Source: a virus (Duplodnaviria; Caudoviricetes). Taken from it: a stretch of 30,387 bases of DNA. The translations under genes were made by a program, and so were the position numbers. Where the stretch lies: the IMG/VR virus record IMGVR_UViG_3300025632_000052, positions 1-30,387 of that record; one strand, written 5' to 3'. Shown here piece after piece: positions 1 through 8,412 of this stretch. Below the pieces are notes generated by a model that saw nothing but the letters and a program-made list of their open reading frames with translations, searched no databases and was not told the origin of the DNA. How positions within the stretch are numbered: position 1 is the stretch's first letter; each line of letters begins with the position of its first letter.

Positions 1-256
1 AATCCCAATGCCTATCGGAACTTACAAGACTGAAGATGGTGTAAGCTTTAGAGTTGAAGAAGAAGGTGTAGTATCTGAAGTTATAGAATCTGAAACAGAA
101 GAAGAAGTTGAAGCTAAAAAAGATGATGAAGAATACAGCGAAATGTCAGAAGCTGTTGATTTAAAGTTCCCTGAATCAGAAGCAGAAAAAGCTGATTGGG
201 CAAAGTCTTATGAAGAAATGAAAGACAAAGTAGATAACTTGATGGATGCTATTGCT
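1..256. repeat. Terminal direct repeat / circular overlap, left copy
   Basis: Aligns without gaps to 30132..30387; 6 substitutions (positions 4, 13, 28, 117, 127, 130); 131..256 identical. Confidence 0.97.
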
Positions 257-568
257 GATATTAAGTCAAGACTAGGAGAAGGGGATTCAGAAGATGTAGA
301 AATGGCTGAAGAAACTCCTGAAGAAACTCCTGAAGTATCTGACAAACCTAAGACAATCAAAACAACTGAAGTAAAAGAATTTTCAGCAGAAGAAGAATTA
401 GAAAATCTAAAAGCTGAGAATGAAAAACTTAAAACGGAATTAGCAGCTACTCCTGCTGACACTCCAATAAATACAAATAAATTTAGCTCAGAAAGAACAC
501 CTTTATCTAATAAAGAGTACAGAAAACTATCTAAGCAAGAAAGATTTTTATATAACTTAAACAAATAA
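8..568 (+). CDS. Capsid scaffolding protein, 3' part (true start is 29965 across the circular junction; ~244 aa in total)
   Basis: Very acidic, coiled-coil segment (EEELENLKAENEKLKTELAA); lies between prohead protease and major capsid gene; in frame with the ORF starting at 29965. Confidence 0.8.
   Translation: MPIGTYKTEDGVSFRVEEEGVVSEVIESETEEEVEAKKDDEEYSEMSEAVDLKFPESEAEKADWAKSYEEMKDKVDNLMDAIADIKSRLGEGDSEDVEMAEETPEETPEVSDKPKTIKTTEVKEFSAEEELENLKAENEKLKTELAATPADTPINTNKFSSERTPLSNKEYRKLSKQERFLYNLNK
308..335 (+). repeat. 12-bp in-frame tandem repeat GAAGAAACTCCT x2.3 (EETP EETP E)
   Basis: Read directly from the sequence. Confidence 0.85.
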
Positions 569-591
569 ATTAACTTAAAAAAAACAAAATT

Positions 592-1506
592 ATGGCGTTT
601 ACTACAACATCAAACTTCGCAGGAAAAGCAGCAGGATTCTACATCTCGGCAGCACTTAAAGAAGCGACAAGTTTAGACTACTTAACTACGATAGAAAATA
701 TCAAATTTAAGAGTAACATTCAACGTATGGCAGGTTCAGGAGTAGTTGCAGATGCTACTTGCGACTTTACTGATGCAGGTACTTTAGCACTTACTGAAAA
801 AGTATTAGAACCTAAAAACTTACAAATCAACTTAGATCTTTGCAAGAAAACATTACTAGATTCTTGGGAAGCTCTACAAATGAGAGCAGGAGCAGGAGCA
901 CCACCACCTGCATCTTTTGATGACTATGTTATCTCTTATATGGGAGAAATTATAGCACAAGCAACTGAAGAAAGTATTTGGGAAGGAACTGCTGTGGCAG
1001 GGAAATTTAACGGATTCTTAGGAGCTGTAACAGGATTATTATTACCTGGTGTTGATGCTACTGTAAATCAAGATGCAGCATCAGCAGCTTATGATACTGC
1101 GAATATTATTGCTAACCTTCAGGGATTGACAACTGATATGGCAACAAATATTTCAGCAGTATTAAGAAAAGAGGACTTACATATTTATATGTCACCTAAG
1201 ACTTACGCTTTATATATCTCAGCAGTATCTACATTAGGATATGTTAATGCTTACAATATGAACGGAGATTATGAACCTGTGTTTGAAGGTTACAAAATCG
1301 CAGTTTGCCCAGGTATGGCTGACAATCAATTAGTAGCTGCTGAAAAATCTAATATGTATTTTGGCACTGACTTGCTTTCAGATGCAACTAGAATAACTTT
1401 GATGGATATGGCTCAATTAGATGGCTCAGACAATATGAGATTAGTAGCTAGATATTCAGCAGGTGTTCAAACAGGAGTAGGAGCTGATATCGTAAGACAA
1501 TCGTAA
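592..1506 (+). CDS. Major capsid protein (HK97-fold)
   Basis: 304 aa; follows the scaffold gene; followed by a terminator; resembles capsid proteins of Bacteroidota-type phages (DATCDFT, LQINLDLCK, NMYFGTDLLSD). Confidence 0.85.
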   Translation: MAFTTTSNFAGKAAGFYISAALKEATSLDYLTTIENIKFKSNIQRMAGSGVVADATCDFTDAGTLALTEKVLEPKNLQINLDLCKKTLLDSWEALQMRAGAGAPPPASFDDYVISYMGEIIAQATEESIWEGTAVAGKFNGFLGAVTGLLLPGVDATVNQDAASAAYDTANIIANLQGLTTDMATNISAVLRKEDLHIYMSPKTYALYISAVSTLGYVNAYNMNGDYEPVFEGYKIAVCPGMADNQLVAAEKSNMYFGTDLLSDATRITLMDMAQLDGSDNMRLVARYSAGVQTGVGADIVRQS

Positions 1507-1520
1507 TAAACTAAATTAAT

Positions 1521-1552
1521 AGATGCAGGGGTATAAAAGCTCCTGCTTCTTT
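1521..1552 (+). terminator. Intrinsic terminator after the capsid gene
   Basis: Stem GCAGGGGT / GCTCCTGC with loop ATAAAA, followed by TTCTTT. Confidence 0.7.
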
Positions 1553-1574
1553 AACCTTTAAAACATAAAAAAAT

Positions 1575-2156
1575 ATGGCTTGTACAAATTTAACTAAAGG
1601 TAGAGGATTAGATTGTAATAGAGTTTCAGGAGGCGTAAAATTTATTTACTTCTCAGTTTATGATGAAATTGATAGTTTTGCTTATGATGCTGTTGATAAA
1701 TCAACGATAGATACAATAGATTTTGGCGGAAATACTATTTATAGATATAGTTTACCAAGAGGTTCATCTTCAATATCAGACACTATAACAGGTTCTGTTG
1801 AAAACGGTACTATTTTCTATACACCTAGTGCTAATATAGTCCTGAACAGATTAACTCAACAAGATCAGGAAGAAATCAAATTATTAGGACAAACTCAGGT
1901 AAGAATATTCGCACAGCTTAACTCAACATTAGCAAACGGACACGATGTAATAGTTGCTATGGGTATGGCTAACGGAATGAGCTTAAATGCAGGTACTACT
2001 GAAAGCGGTGTAAATTTTGGGGATAGAAATGGTTACACTTTAACTTTTGATGGCTTAGAAGCAGTTCCTATGGCTTTCCTTGAGGATTATACAACTGATC
2101 CTTTTGACAATGCAGGGTTTACTGATAAAGGAGCAACATTCCCTACTGTTTCATAA
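1575..2156 (+). CDS. Major tail (tube) protein
   Basis: 193 aa; MAC..T.GR...C....GG N-terminus, ENGT.FY and GDRNGYTLTF.G.E motifs resemble tail tube proteins of Bacteroidota siphophages; followed by a terminator. Confidence 0.7.
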   Translation: MACTNLTKGRGLDCNRVSGGVKFIYFSVYDEIDSFAYDAVDKSTIDTIDFGGNTIYRYSLPRGSSSISDTITGSVENGTIFYTPSANIVLNRLTQQDQEEIKLLGQTQVRIFAQLNSTLANGHDVIVAMGMANGMSLNAGTTESGVNFGDRNGYTLTFDGLEAVPMAFLEDYTTDPFDNAGFTDKGATFPTVS

Positions 2157-2182
2157 ACAACTTTTCAACCTTTATATATTTG

Positions 2183-2218
2183 AGAAAGGGTGCTTTAATT
2201 AGCACTCTTTTTCTTTTT
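2183..2218 (+). terminator. Intrinsic terminator after the major tail gene
   Basis: AGAAAGGGTGCT-TTAATT-AGCACTCTTTTT hairpin followed by a T-rich tract. Confidence 0.85.
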
Positions 2219-2223
2219 AGTAC

Positions 2224-2250
2224 AATAAAAACATACTTTTTCTATTATAT
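2224..2250 (+). promoter_or_regulatory. Putative phage late promoter, copy 1
   Basis: AATAAA-N11-TCTATTATAT, 5 nt before ATG 2256, immediately after a terminator. Confidence 0.7.
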
Positions 2251-2255
2251 TATAT

Positions 2256-2975
2256 ATGATACAAGGTTTTACTAAAACAAACTTAACAGCTTACATACAA
2301 GTTGAGGATAATAGCATAGGCACAGTACCTTCAGGGGGATCGGTTAAATATCTATTTAAGTTTACTAATGATATGACAGGAGAGGTGCAATATGCTTATC
2401 CTACTACTTCTACTGTAAATGAAAGATATGGTAGCTTTAACTTTACATACAATGTAACTCCTAATGTATATGTAGGTAGGATTAATCTACTACCATCAGG
2501 GTATTGGAAATACCAAGTATTTGAGGTTATTTGGCAAACTATTCCAACAGGCGGAGAAACACCTTATTATTCAAATAATATGCCACCAACAGAAGATTTT
2601 GTATTTAACCCTGCTGCAAATGATTTAGGAGTGGTTCAGGGAGAGGTAACAAAAGGTAAAATGTATATAGAAGAAAAAGTAGGAACAGAAGAAGTAACAT
2701 ATACTCAGAAAGCTAAAAGCGTTCAATCTTTAACTATTGAGTATGGTGGTTCAGGATATTCAACAGCTCCGACACTTACAATAAGTGCAGGGGGTATTAC
2801 AACAGCAACAGCTACTTGCACAATAAATGGTAGTGGAGCAATAGATACAGTAACAATAACTAACGCAGGAAGTGGATATACAGAAAACCCTTCAGTTACA
2901 ATTAGTGGCACTCCTACTGCTCCTGCCGTTATAACAGCAGAAATAAATCAATCAAATTATATTTACACAGGATAA
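2256..2975 (+). CDS. Virion structural protein with a C-terminal (G/A)GSGY..P beta-repeat module
   Basis: Structural module context; two repeats TIEYGGSGYSTAPTLTIS / TITNAGSGYTENPSVTIS. Confidence 0.55.
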   Translation: MIQGFTKTNLTAYIQVEDNSIGTVPSGGSVKYLFKFTNDMTGEVQYAYPTTSTVNERYGSFNFTYNVTPNVYVGRINLLPSGYWKYQVFEVIWQTIPTGGETPYYSNNMPPTEDFVFNPAANDLGVVQGEVTKGKMYIEEKVGTEEVTYTQKAKSVQSLTIEYGGSGYSTAPTLTISAGGITTATATCTINGSGAIDTVTITNAGSGYTENPSVTISGTPTAPAVITAEINQSNYIYTG

Positions 2976-2987
2976 AATTAAAAAATT

Positions 2988-3263
2988 ATGGCAATAGAAA
3001 ACGTACAACAACTCCTAACCGAGCAGTTAGGTAAAAACGGAAGCACCGAAATATTTACAACAGCAGCACAAACTAGCAAAGATTGGTACTGTGTTTACTT
3101 TCCTGTTGAGAGTGTAGTATCAGCAATAACAGTAGCAGATGCGACAGGAGAAGCTGCTTTACAAACCACTTTACCAGCAGGAACGACATTATTTATGAAC
3201 GTAACTGCCATTACTTTGACTAGTGGTGTAGGAGTAGGTTATCACGAAGGAGTAACTACATAA
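2988..3263 (+). CDS. Small beta-rich virion protein (hypothetical)
   Basis: 91 aa, T/V/A-rich, A-rich start context, structural module. Confidence 0.55.
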   Translation: MAIENVQQLLTEQLGKNGSTEIFTTAAQTSKDWYCVYFPVESVVSAITVADATGEAALQTTLPAGTTLFMNVTAITLTSGVGVGYHEGVTT

Positions 3264-3266
3264 GAT

Positions 3267-4070
3267 ATGTTAGTACAAAGACTAGGATTAAGCTTACCTG
3301 ATATTAAGCACAGCCGATTTGCTCCTACGGATATAAGTGGACTATCTAATTGGTGGAAATTTCAAACCAAAATAATTGCTGATGAAGATGATTCAGGGGG
3401 TGCTTTATCTCCTGTTCATTCTACAACAGCAGGTACAATGGATATAGATGACAGGATAAATGCTTGGCAAGATATAGTTGGTTTAAATAGTGCTACTCAA
3501 TCAGATTCAGATGATAAACCTAGATGGAATACTTACGGTTTAGCACCAGCAGGAACAAAACCTAACTGCTTTTTTGGTGGAAATCAATGGCTAGATATGG
3601 CTTCAGATATTTCTATTAATGCAAATCAAGATTTTAGTATTATGGCTCACGTTGTCTTTACAGATTTAAGCACTAGAGCTGTCTATGGTTCAGATTCTAA
3701 TAATTTTTTTAGAATTAATAGTGCTTCAGGTTTTAGATGTAAAATAGGAGGAGCAGGTAACCAAAACTTTACAGAAGGTTCTGATGTTATATCTATAAAC
3801 GCAGATTACTTTGTTACAATACAAAGAGCTAATGGATCAACAGGTAATTTGGCTTGTTATGTACATTCTGAAGGGGTTTATGAAGATAAGACTTGGGGAG
3901 TTACTACGAATACTGATCCTGATGCTTTTACTATTAACAATATAGGTGCAGGTGCAGATGATGCTAATGAATTTAAAGGTGTTATAAAAAATCTATTATT
4001 CTATAAAGATACTGTATTAACACCAACTCAAAGAAAACAAAACTACGTTTATTTACAATCACTACTATAA
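3267..4070 (+). CDS. LamG/concanavalin-A-like lectin-domain fibre or adhesin
   Basis: LGLSL N-terminus, W.D..G.N.ATQ motif, FSIMAHV strand and C-terminal FKGVIKNLLFY...LT..Q, typical of phage LamG-like domains. Confidence 0.65.
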   Translation: MLVQRLGLSLPDIKHSRFAPTDISGLSNWWKFQTKIIADEDDSGGALSPVHSTTAGTMDIDDRINAWQDIVGLNSATQSDSDDKPRWNTYGLAPAGTKPNCFFGGNQWLDMASDISINANQDFSIMAHVVFTDLSTRAVYGSDSNNFFRINSASGFRCKIGGAGNQNFTEGSDVISINADYFVTIQRANGSTGNLACYVHSEGVYEDKTWGVTTNTDPDAFTINNIGAGADDANEFKGVIKNLLFYKDTVLTPTQRKQNYVYLQSLL

Positions 4071-4071
4071 T

Positions 4072-6066
4072 ATGAAAGATAACATAATTTCAGTAAACTT
4101 AGAAACTTCAACAGCACCTATTATCCAAGAGGTAAGGGGTAGGGACTACATAGAATATGGTACTGATGATTGGAGGAACTTATACCCTCAGTTCTTAATT
4201 GACTTATACTACAATTCTTCAACTCACGCTAGTATAATCAACTCTACTGCTGAGATGATAGCAGGAGAAGATTTAATAGCAACTGATGAAGATGTAAACT
4301 TAGAAGCTTATGTAAAGCTTAAGAAATTTCTTCGTAATGCTAACTCTAAAGAAAGCTTACACCAAGTAATAAAGAAAGTAGCTTTTGATTTTAAGCTTCA
4401 GGGTGCTTATGCTTTACACATTATATGGAATAGAGAGAGAACTGAGATAGCTGAGGTTTATCACGTACCTGTTGAAAGAGTTAGAGCAGGGCGACCAACA
4501 GAATTAGGACAAGTAGATACTTACTATATTAGTGCAGATTGGAGTAACACAAGAACACATAAACCTTATCCAATAGCAGCTTTTAATACTAATGATAGAA
4601 CAGCAGGTAGTCAGTTACTTTACACAGGTTCTTACAGTCCTAATATGGACATATATCATACTCCTGACTACTTAGCTGCTTGTAATTGGGCTTTAGTAGA
4701 TCAAAGGGTTGCTGAGTTTCATCTAAACAACATAGAGAACGGATTTAGTGGCTCTTACTTCATATCCTTTGCTAACGGAGTACCAACTGCTGAAGAACGC
4801 AGACAAATAGAACAAAGCTTAGCTGATAAATTTACAGGAGCTAAAAACTCAGGAAAGTTTATATTGACATTCTCAGATGACAAAACTAGAACACCTGAAA
4901 TTACACCAATAAGTGTATCTGATGCAGACAAGCAGTATCTTGCTCTACAAGAACTATTAGTACAGAACATCCTCACAGGGCATAGGGTGACTTCTAAGAC
5001 ACTTATGGGTATAGATAGTAGTAATGGCTTCTCAAGCAATACAGATGAGCTTATAAACGCTTCTAACTTCTACTTAAATACTGTTGTTAGACCATACCAA
5101 TTAAATATCCTAGATACTTTACAGACAATATTCTCAGTAAATAATATGGATTTAGAGGTTGAGTTTGTACAATTAAAACCAATAACAGTTCAATTTGATT
5201 CTAAGACAATACGTGAGGTAATGACTGAAGATGAAATTAGAGAAGATATTGGATTAGCACCACTTGAAGATGATGAAGCTACTGTTGAGCAAGATGTAAA
5301 ACTTTCTAAGGTAGGAATGATAGATGGACAACCTGTATTTAGCACGATAGAAGAAGCAGAAGAACACGCTAAGACAAAAGGGTGCGAGGGGTATCACGAA
5401 CACGATTTAGAAGGTGAAACCGTTTATATGGCTTGTGAAGGACACTCAGAAGCAACTGAGTTGTCTAAATTTATAGCTGAATTTGGAGAGAATATTCCTG
5501 AAGATTGGGAAATGGTAGATGAAGAAGTGGTAGATGGAGAGCATCAAGATTTTAACTTTGAAAAAGAGTTAAACCAAGCAGCTAATGAAAAGCTAGAATT
5601 AGCTAGTACAGGAACAGCTAGACCAAATGCAAGAAGTAGTCAAGATGGTACTAACAAGTCAGACAATGATTTTTACAAAGTGAGATACGTTTATACAAAG
5701 GATAATTTCTTAAAACAAGAGGGATCAACTAGAGAGTTCTGTAAATTAATGTCCTCAGCTAATAAGATTTATAGAAAAGAAGATATTTTACAAATGACTA
5801 ATAGAGCAGTTAATCCAGGTTGGGGTCCAAGAGGTGCGGCTACTTATTCTATATGGCTTTACAAAGGGGGTGGTAATTGCCATCACTTTTGGCTTAGACA
5901 AATCTACAAAACATCATTAAGAGGTGCTAAGGGTAATATATCTTCTAAGCAATTAATATCTTATACTAAAGCAAGAAGTGAAGGATTTACTGCTGAAAAG
6001 AATGATAATCTAGTAGCTAGACCACCAAAGAGAATGAAGAATAACGGATTTTTAGAACCAAGATAA
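4072..6066 (+). CDS. Portal protein with a C-terminal extension (Cys/His mini-domain plus MuF-like domain)
   Basis: First ~400 aa are portal-like (YG..N.YPQFLIDLYYNSSTH.SII, FTGAKNSGK, ILTGHRVTS, DEIREDIGL.PL); ~255 extra aa ending in YKGGGNCHHFW. Confidence 0.85.
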   Translation: MKDNIISVNLETSTAPIIQEVRGRDYIEYGTDDWRNLYPQFLIDLYYNSSTHASIINSTAEMIAGEDLIATDEDVNLEAYVKLKKFLRNANSKESLHQVIKKVAFDFKLQGAYALHIIWNRERTEIAEVYHVPVERVRAGRPTELGQVDTYYISADWSNTRTHKPYPIAAFNTNDRTAGSQLLYTGSYSPNMDIYHTPDYLAACNWALVDQRVAEFHLNNIENGFSGSYFISFANGVPTAEERRQIEQSLADKFTGAKNSGKFILTFSDDKTRTPEITPISVSDADKQYLALQELLVQNILTGHRVTSKTLMGIDSSNGFSSNTDELINASNFYLNTVVRPYQLNILDTLQTIFSVNNMDLEVEFVQLKPITVQFDSKTIREVMTEDEIREDIGLAPLEDDEATVEQDVKLSKVGMIDGQPVFSTIEEAEEHAKTKGCEGYHEHDLEGETVYMACEGHSEATELSKFIAEFGENIPEDWEMVDEEVVDGEHQDFNFEKELNQAANEKLELASTGTARPNARSSQDGTNKSDNDFYKVRYVYTKDNFLKQEGSTREFCKLMSSANKIYRKEDILQMTNRAVNPGWGPRGAATYSIWLYKGGGNCHHFWLRQIYKTSLRGAKGNISSKQLISYTKARSEGFTAEKNDNLVARPPKRMKNNGFLEPR

Positions 6067-6068
6067 CT

Positions 6069-6629
6069 ATGTCATACGTACTATTTATATCAGAACAAAA
6101 ATTAAAAGAAAGCACAGCTATTAATCTTAATGTTGATGTTGATTTATTACTACCATTTGTAAAAGAAGCTCAGAAGCTTTATGTAGAAACAGCTTTAGGA
6201 ACTAACTTAACTCAAAAGCTTAAAGATGAAATAACAGCAGGAACTTTGGCAGGTGCTTATAAAACACTAGTAGATGATTATGTAGCAGAAATGCTACCAT
6301 CTTACAGTCTTTATCACGCTTTACCTTATTTAAGGCACAAGATAGAGAATGGTAATATCTATAACAAAACCTCAGAAACAGGAACAGCTTTATCTACTGC
6401 TGAAGCACAAAGCTTTAGAGAGGAGATTTTGAATACAGCTAGTTATTATAGAGAAAGACTTATAGACTACATAAGAAATAACATTAGTAGTTTCCCTGAA
6501 TACTCTACAAACTCAGGAGCTGATGTATCTCCATCAACTGAGAACTATTACTCCAATATGAATTTAGATATGCCTAGTCCTAGTAATAAGCTAACGCTAA
6601 GGGATTTTCTAACTCCTGATTTAACATAA
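6069..6629 (+). CDS. Head-tail adaptor/connector protein
   Basis: 186 aa, helical, directly after the portal; N-terminus LFISEQKLKEST.IN.NVD..LL.P...AQ. Confidence 0.6.
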   Translation: MSYVLFISEQKLKESTAINLNVDVDLLLPFVKEAQKLYVETALGTNLTQKLKDEITAGTLAGAYKTLVDDYVAEMLPSYSLYHALPYLRHKIENGNIYNKTSETGTALSTAEAQSFREEILNTASYYRERLIDYIRNNISSFPEYSTNSGADVSPSTENYYSNMNLDMPSPSNKLTLRDFLTPDLT

Positions 6630-6751
6630 TGAAGAAATATTATAAACCTAAAAAAACTAACGTAACAAAGCTGAAAACCTACTTGGAAAGTAAGCCAAAA
6701 TCTAATAATAATGACAGATCTAAAAGACACAATACAAGTAGGAATAGCTAA
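6629..6751 (+). CDS. 40-aa basic peptide (not in ORF track)
   Basis: TAATG stop/start overlap; MKKYYKPKKTNVTKLKTYLESKPKSNNNDRSKRHNTSRNS. Confidence 0.45.
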   Translation: MKKYYKPKKTNVTKLKTYLESKPKSNNNDRSKRHNTSRNS

Positions 6752-6875
6752 TGGTTCAGCTATTGGAGTATCTTTAGTAGAAGCTAACGAGATGCTTACA
6801 TTTGTTTCACTTATACTAGCTATAAGTTTTACTATTTATAAATTCTTTTTATATGAAAAAAACAAAATTAAATAG
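6711..6875 (+). CDS. 54-aa membrane protein, holin/antiholin candidate (not in ORF track)
   Basis: MTDLKDTIQVGIANGSAIGVSLVEANEMLTFVSLILAISFTIYKFFLYEKNKIK; hydrophobic helix, basic C-terminus, upstream of the lysin candidate. Confidence 0.65.
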   Translation: MTDLKDTIQVGIANGSAIGVSLVEANEMLTFVSLILAISFTIYKFFLYEKNKIK

Positions 6876-6981
6876 CACCAATCCAAAATACCATAAGAAA
6901 GATGAAAAAGCTCCTAAAGTTCGTAATGAATTTGTTAAGGAGGTTAGGGGGTGTAAAATCTATAAAACCTACTATCTCTAA
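6853..6981 (+). CDS. 42-aa basic peptide (not in ORF track)
   Basis: MKKTKLNSTNPKYHKKDEKAPKVRNEFVKEVRGCKIYKTYYL; overlaps both neighbours. Confidence 0.45.
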   Translation: MKKTKLNSTNPKYHKKDEKAPKVRNEFVKEVRGCKIYKTYYL

Positions 6982-7393
6982 ACCCAAACATATTAACCTC
7001 TTGATTCTAAGAGATACTTTTACTGATGACTCTACTATTGGAGAATTATTTTTAAATGGCGAGAGGTTCTGTGATACGTTAGAACTGCCTTATAGAGATA
7101 ACCAAAGAAGTGTATCTTGTATTCCAATAGGGGAATACTCAGTTAGGTTAAGAAAAGCAAAAGAAAGTGCTAGTAGGAATTATACACACCTATTAGTTCA
7201 AGATGTAAAAAACCGTTCACACATATTATTTCACAGAGGTAATACTGCTAAAGATACAAAGGGCTGCATCCTAGTAGGACAGGGAAGCCAACAAAACATT
7301 GTTCATAATTCTACTTTAGCTATGGATTTACTGATAAAAGAAATACTAAATTTGGGTGGAGAGAATATAAATTTAATAATTAAAAATAAATAA
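6902..7393 (+). CDS. DUF5675-like protein (YkuD/L,D-transpeptidase-like), endolysin candidate; start uncertain
   Basis: STIGELFLNGERFCDTLELP, SCIP.G.Y, ILFHRGNTAKDTKGCILVG (His/Cys motif); flanked by membrane genes. Confidence 0.75.
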   Translation: MKKLLKFVMNLLRRLGGVKSIKPTISKPKHINLLILRDTFTDDSTIGELFLNGERFCDTLELPYRDNQRSVSCIPIGEYSVRLRKAKESASRNYTHLLVQDVKNRSHILFHRGNTAKDTKGCILVGQGSQQNIVHNSTLAMDLLIKEILNLGGENINLIIKNK

Positions 7394-7395
7394 CT

Positions 7396-7584
7396 ATGAA
7401 AAATTACATTATCTCACAGCTATTAACTTCAAAGAAAGTATGGCTAGGGATCAGCTCAATTTTAATTCCAATGATAGCTACTTGGCTTGGAGTTGATGAA
7501 GAAGCAGTATCTAAAATTTGGTGGAGTTTAATTGCAATGTTAGGTGGACAATCTTTAGCTGATTTTGGAAAATCTAAAAAGTAA
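7396..7584 (+). CDS. Holin
   Basis: 62 aa, SKKVW motif, two hydrophobic helices, basic tail, next to the lysin candidate. Confidence 0.7.
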   Translation: MKNYIISQLLTSKKVWLGISSILIPMIATWLGVDEEAVSKIWWSLIAMLGGQSLADFGKSKK

Positions 7585-7606
7585 TAAACCTGATTCATAT
7601 AATAGG

Positions 7607-8311
7607 ATGAGGTTAAAACCTCACGAAGTAGAAGCAATACAAAAAATGCGAGAAGCCGACACTAGGAATATTCTAGTGATTGGCGACTTGCACGAGCCAT
7701 TCTGTCTTGATGGTTATTTGCAGTTCTGCATAGAAAAGTATTATGAATTTATGTGTACAGAAGTTGTGTTCATAGGTGATGTAATAGACAACCACTTTGC
7801 TAGTTACCACGAAACTTCAGCAGATGGAATGGGGGGTGCTGATGAATTAGAGTTGGCTGTTAGACGTATATCAAGATGGAGAAATGCTTTTCCTGTTGCT
7901 ACTGTTATAATCGGCAACCACGATCGTATTATAATGCGTAAAGCACAAACATCAGCTATACCTAGCAAATGGATTAAATCCTACAAAGAAGTATTAGAAA
8001 CTCCTAATTGGAATTTTGTTGAAAGATACGTAAAAGATGGAGTACAATATATTCACGGAGAAGGAGGTACAGCTAGAACCAAGTGCCGTGCAGATATGAT
8101 GAATACAGTACAGGGACATTTACACACCCAATGTTATACGGAGCATTATGTTGGTAAAAACTTTAGAGTATTTGGAACTCAAGTGGGCTGTGGAATAAAT
8201 CAAAAATCTTACGCAATGGCTTACGCAAAATACGGAAAACGACCTGCCGTGGGAGTTGCAGTTGTCTTAAATAACGGAAAAACACCCCTAAATTTACTAA
8301 TGGAACTATAA
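7607..8311 (+). CDS. Calcineurin-like metallophosphoesterase (ATG 7607 preferred over TTG 7565)
   Basis: GDLH, GDVID, GNHD, HG and GHLH motifs all present. Confidence 0.85.
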   Translation: MRLKPHEVEAIQKMREADTRNILVIGDLHEPFCLDGYLQFCIEKYYEFMCTEVVFIGDVIDNHFASYHETSADGMGGADELELAVRRISRWRNAFPVATVIIGNHDRIIMRKAQTSAIPSKWIKSYKEVLETPNWNFVERYVKDGVQYIHGEGGTARTKCRADMMNTVQGHLHTQCYTEHYVGKNFRVFGTQVGCGINQKSYAMAYAKYGKRPAVGVAVVLNNGKTPLNLLMEL

Positions 8312-8360
8312 TTTTATAGTTTATTTTAAATTAATTTACTAGATATAAATACATATTTTT

Positions 8361-8412
8361 GTTAAAAAAAGCGTTAAAAAGTTAGTTAATTCAAAAATAA
8401 GTTTTATCTTTG
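8361..8412 (+). promoter_or_regulatory. Host-type (Bacteroidota sigma-A) early promoter with upstream GTTAA repeats
   Basis: TATCTTTG at 8405-8412 fits TAnnTTTG; TTAG 19 nt upstream; largest intergenic gap; precedes the early genes. Confidence 0.8.

Noticed and set aside
7565-7606. TTG starts given in the track at 7565 and 13178
   Set aside because: In-frame ATGs at 7607 and 13187 (the latter with ATGA coupling) fit better
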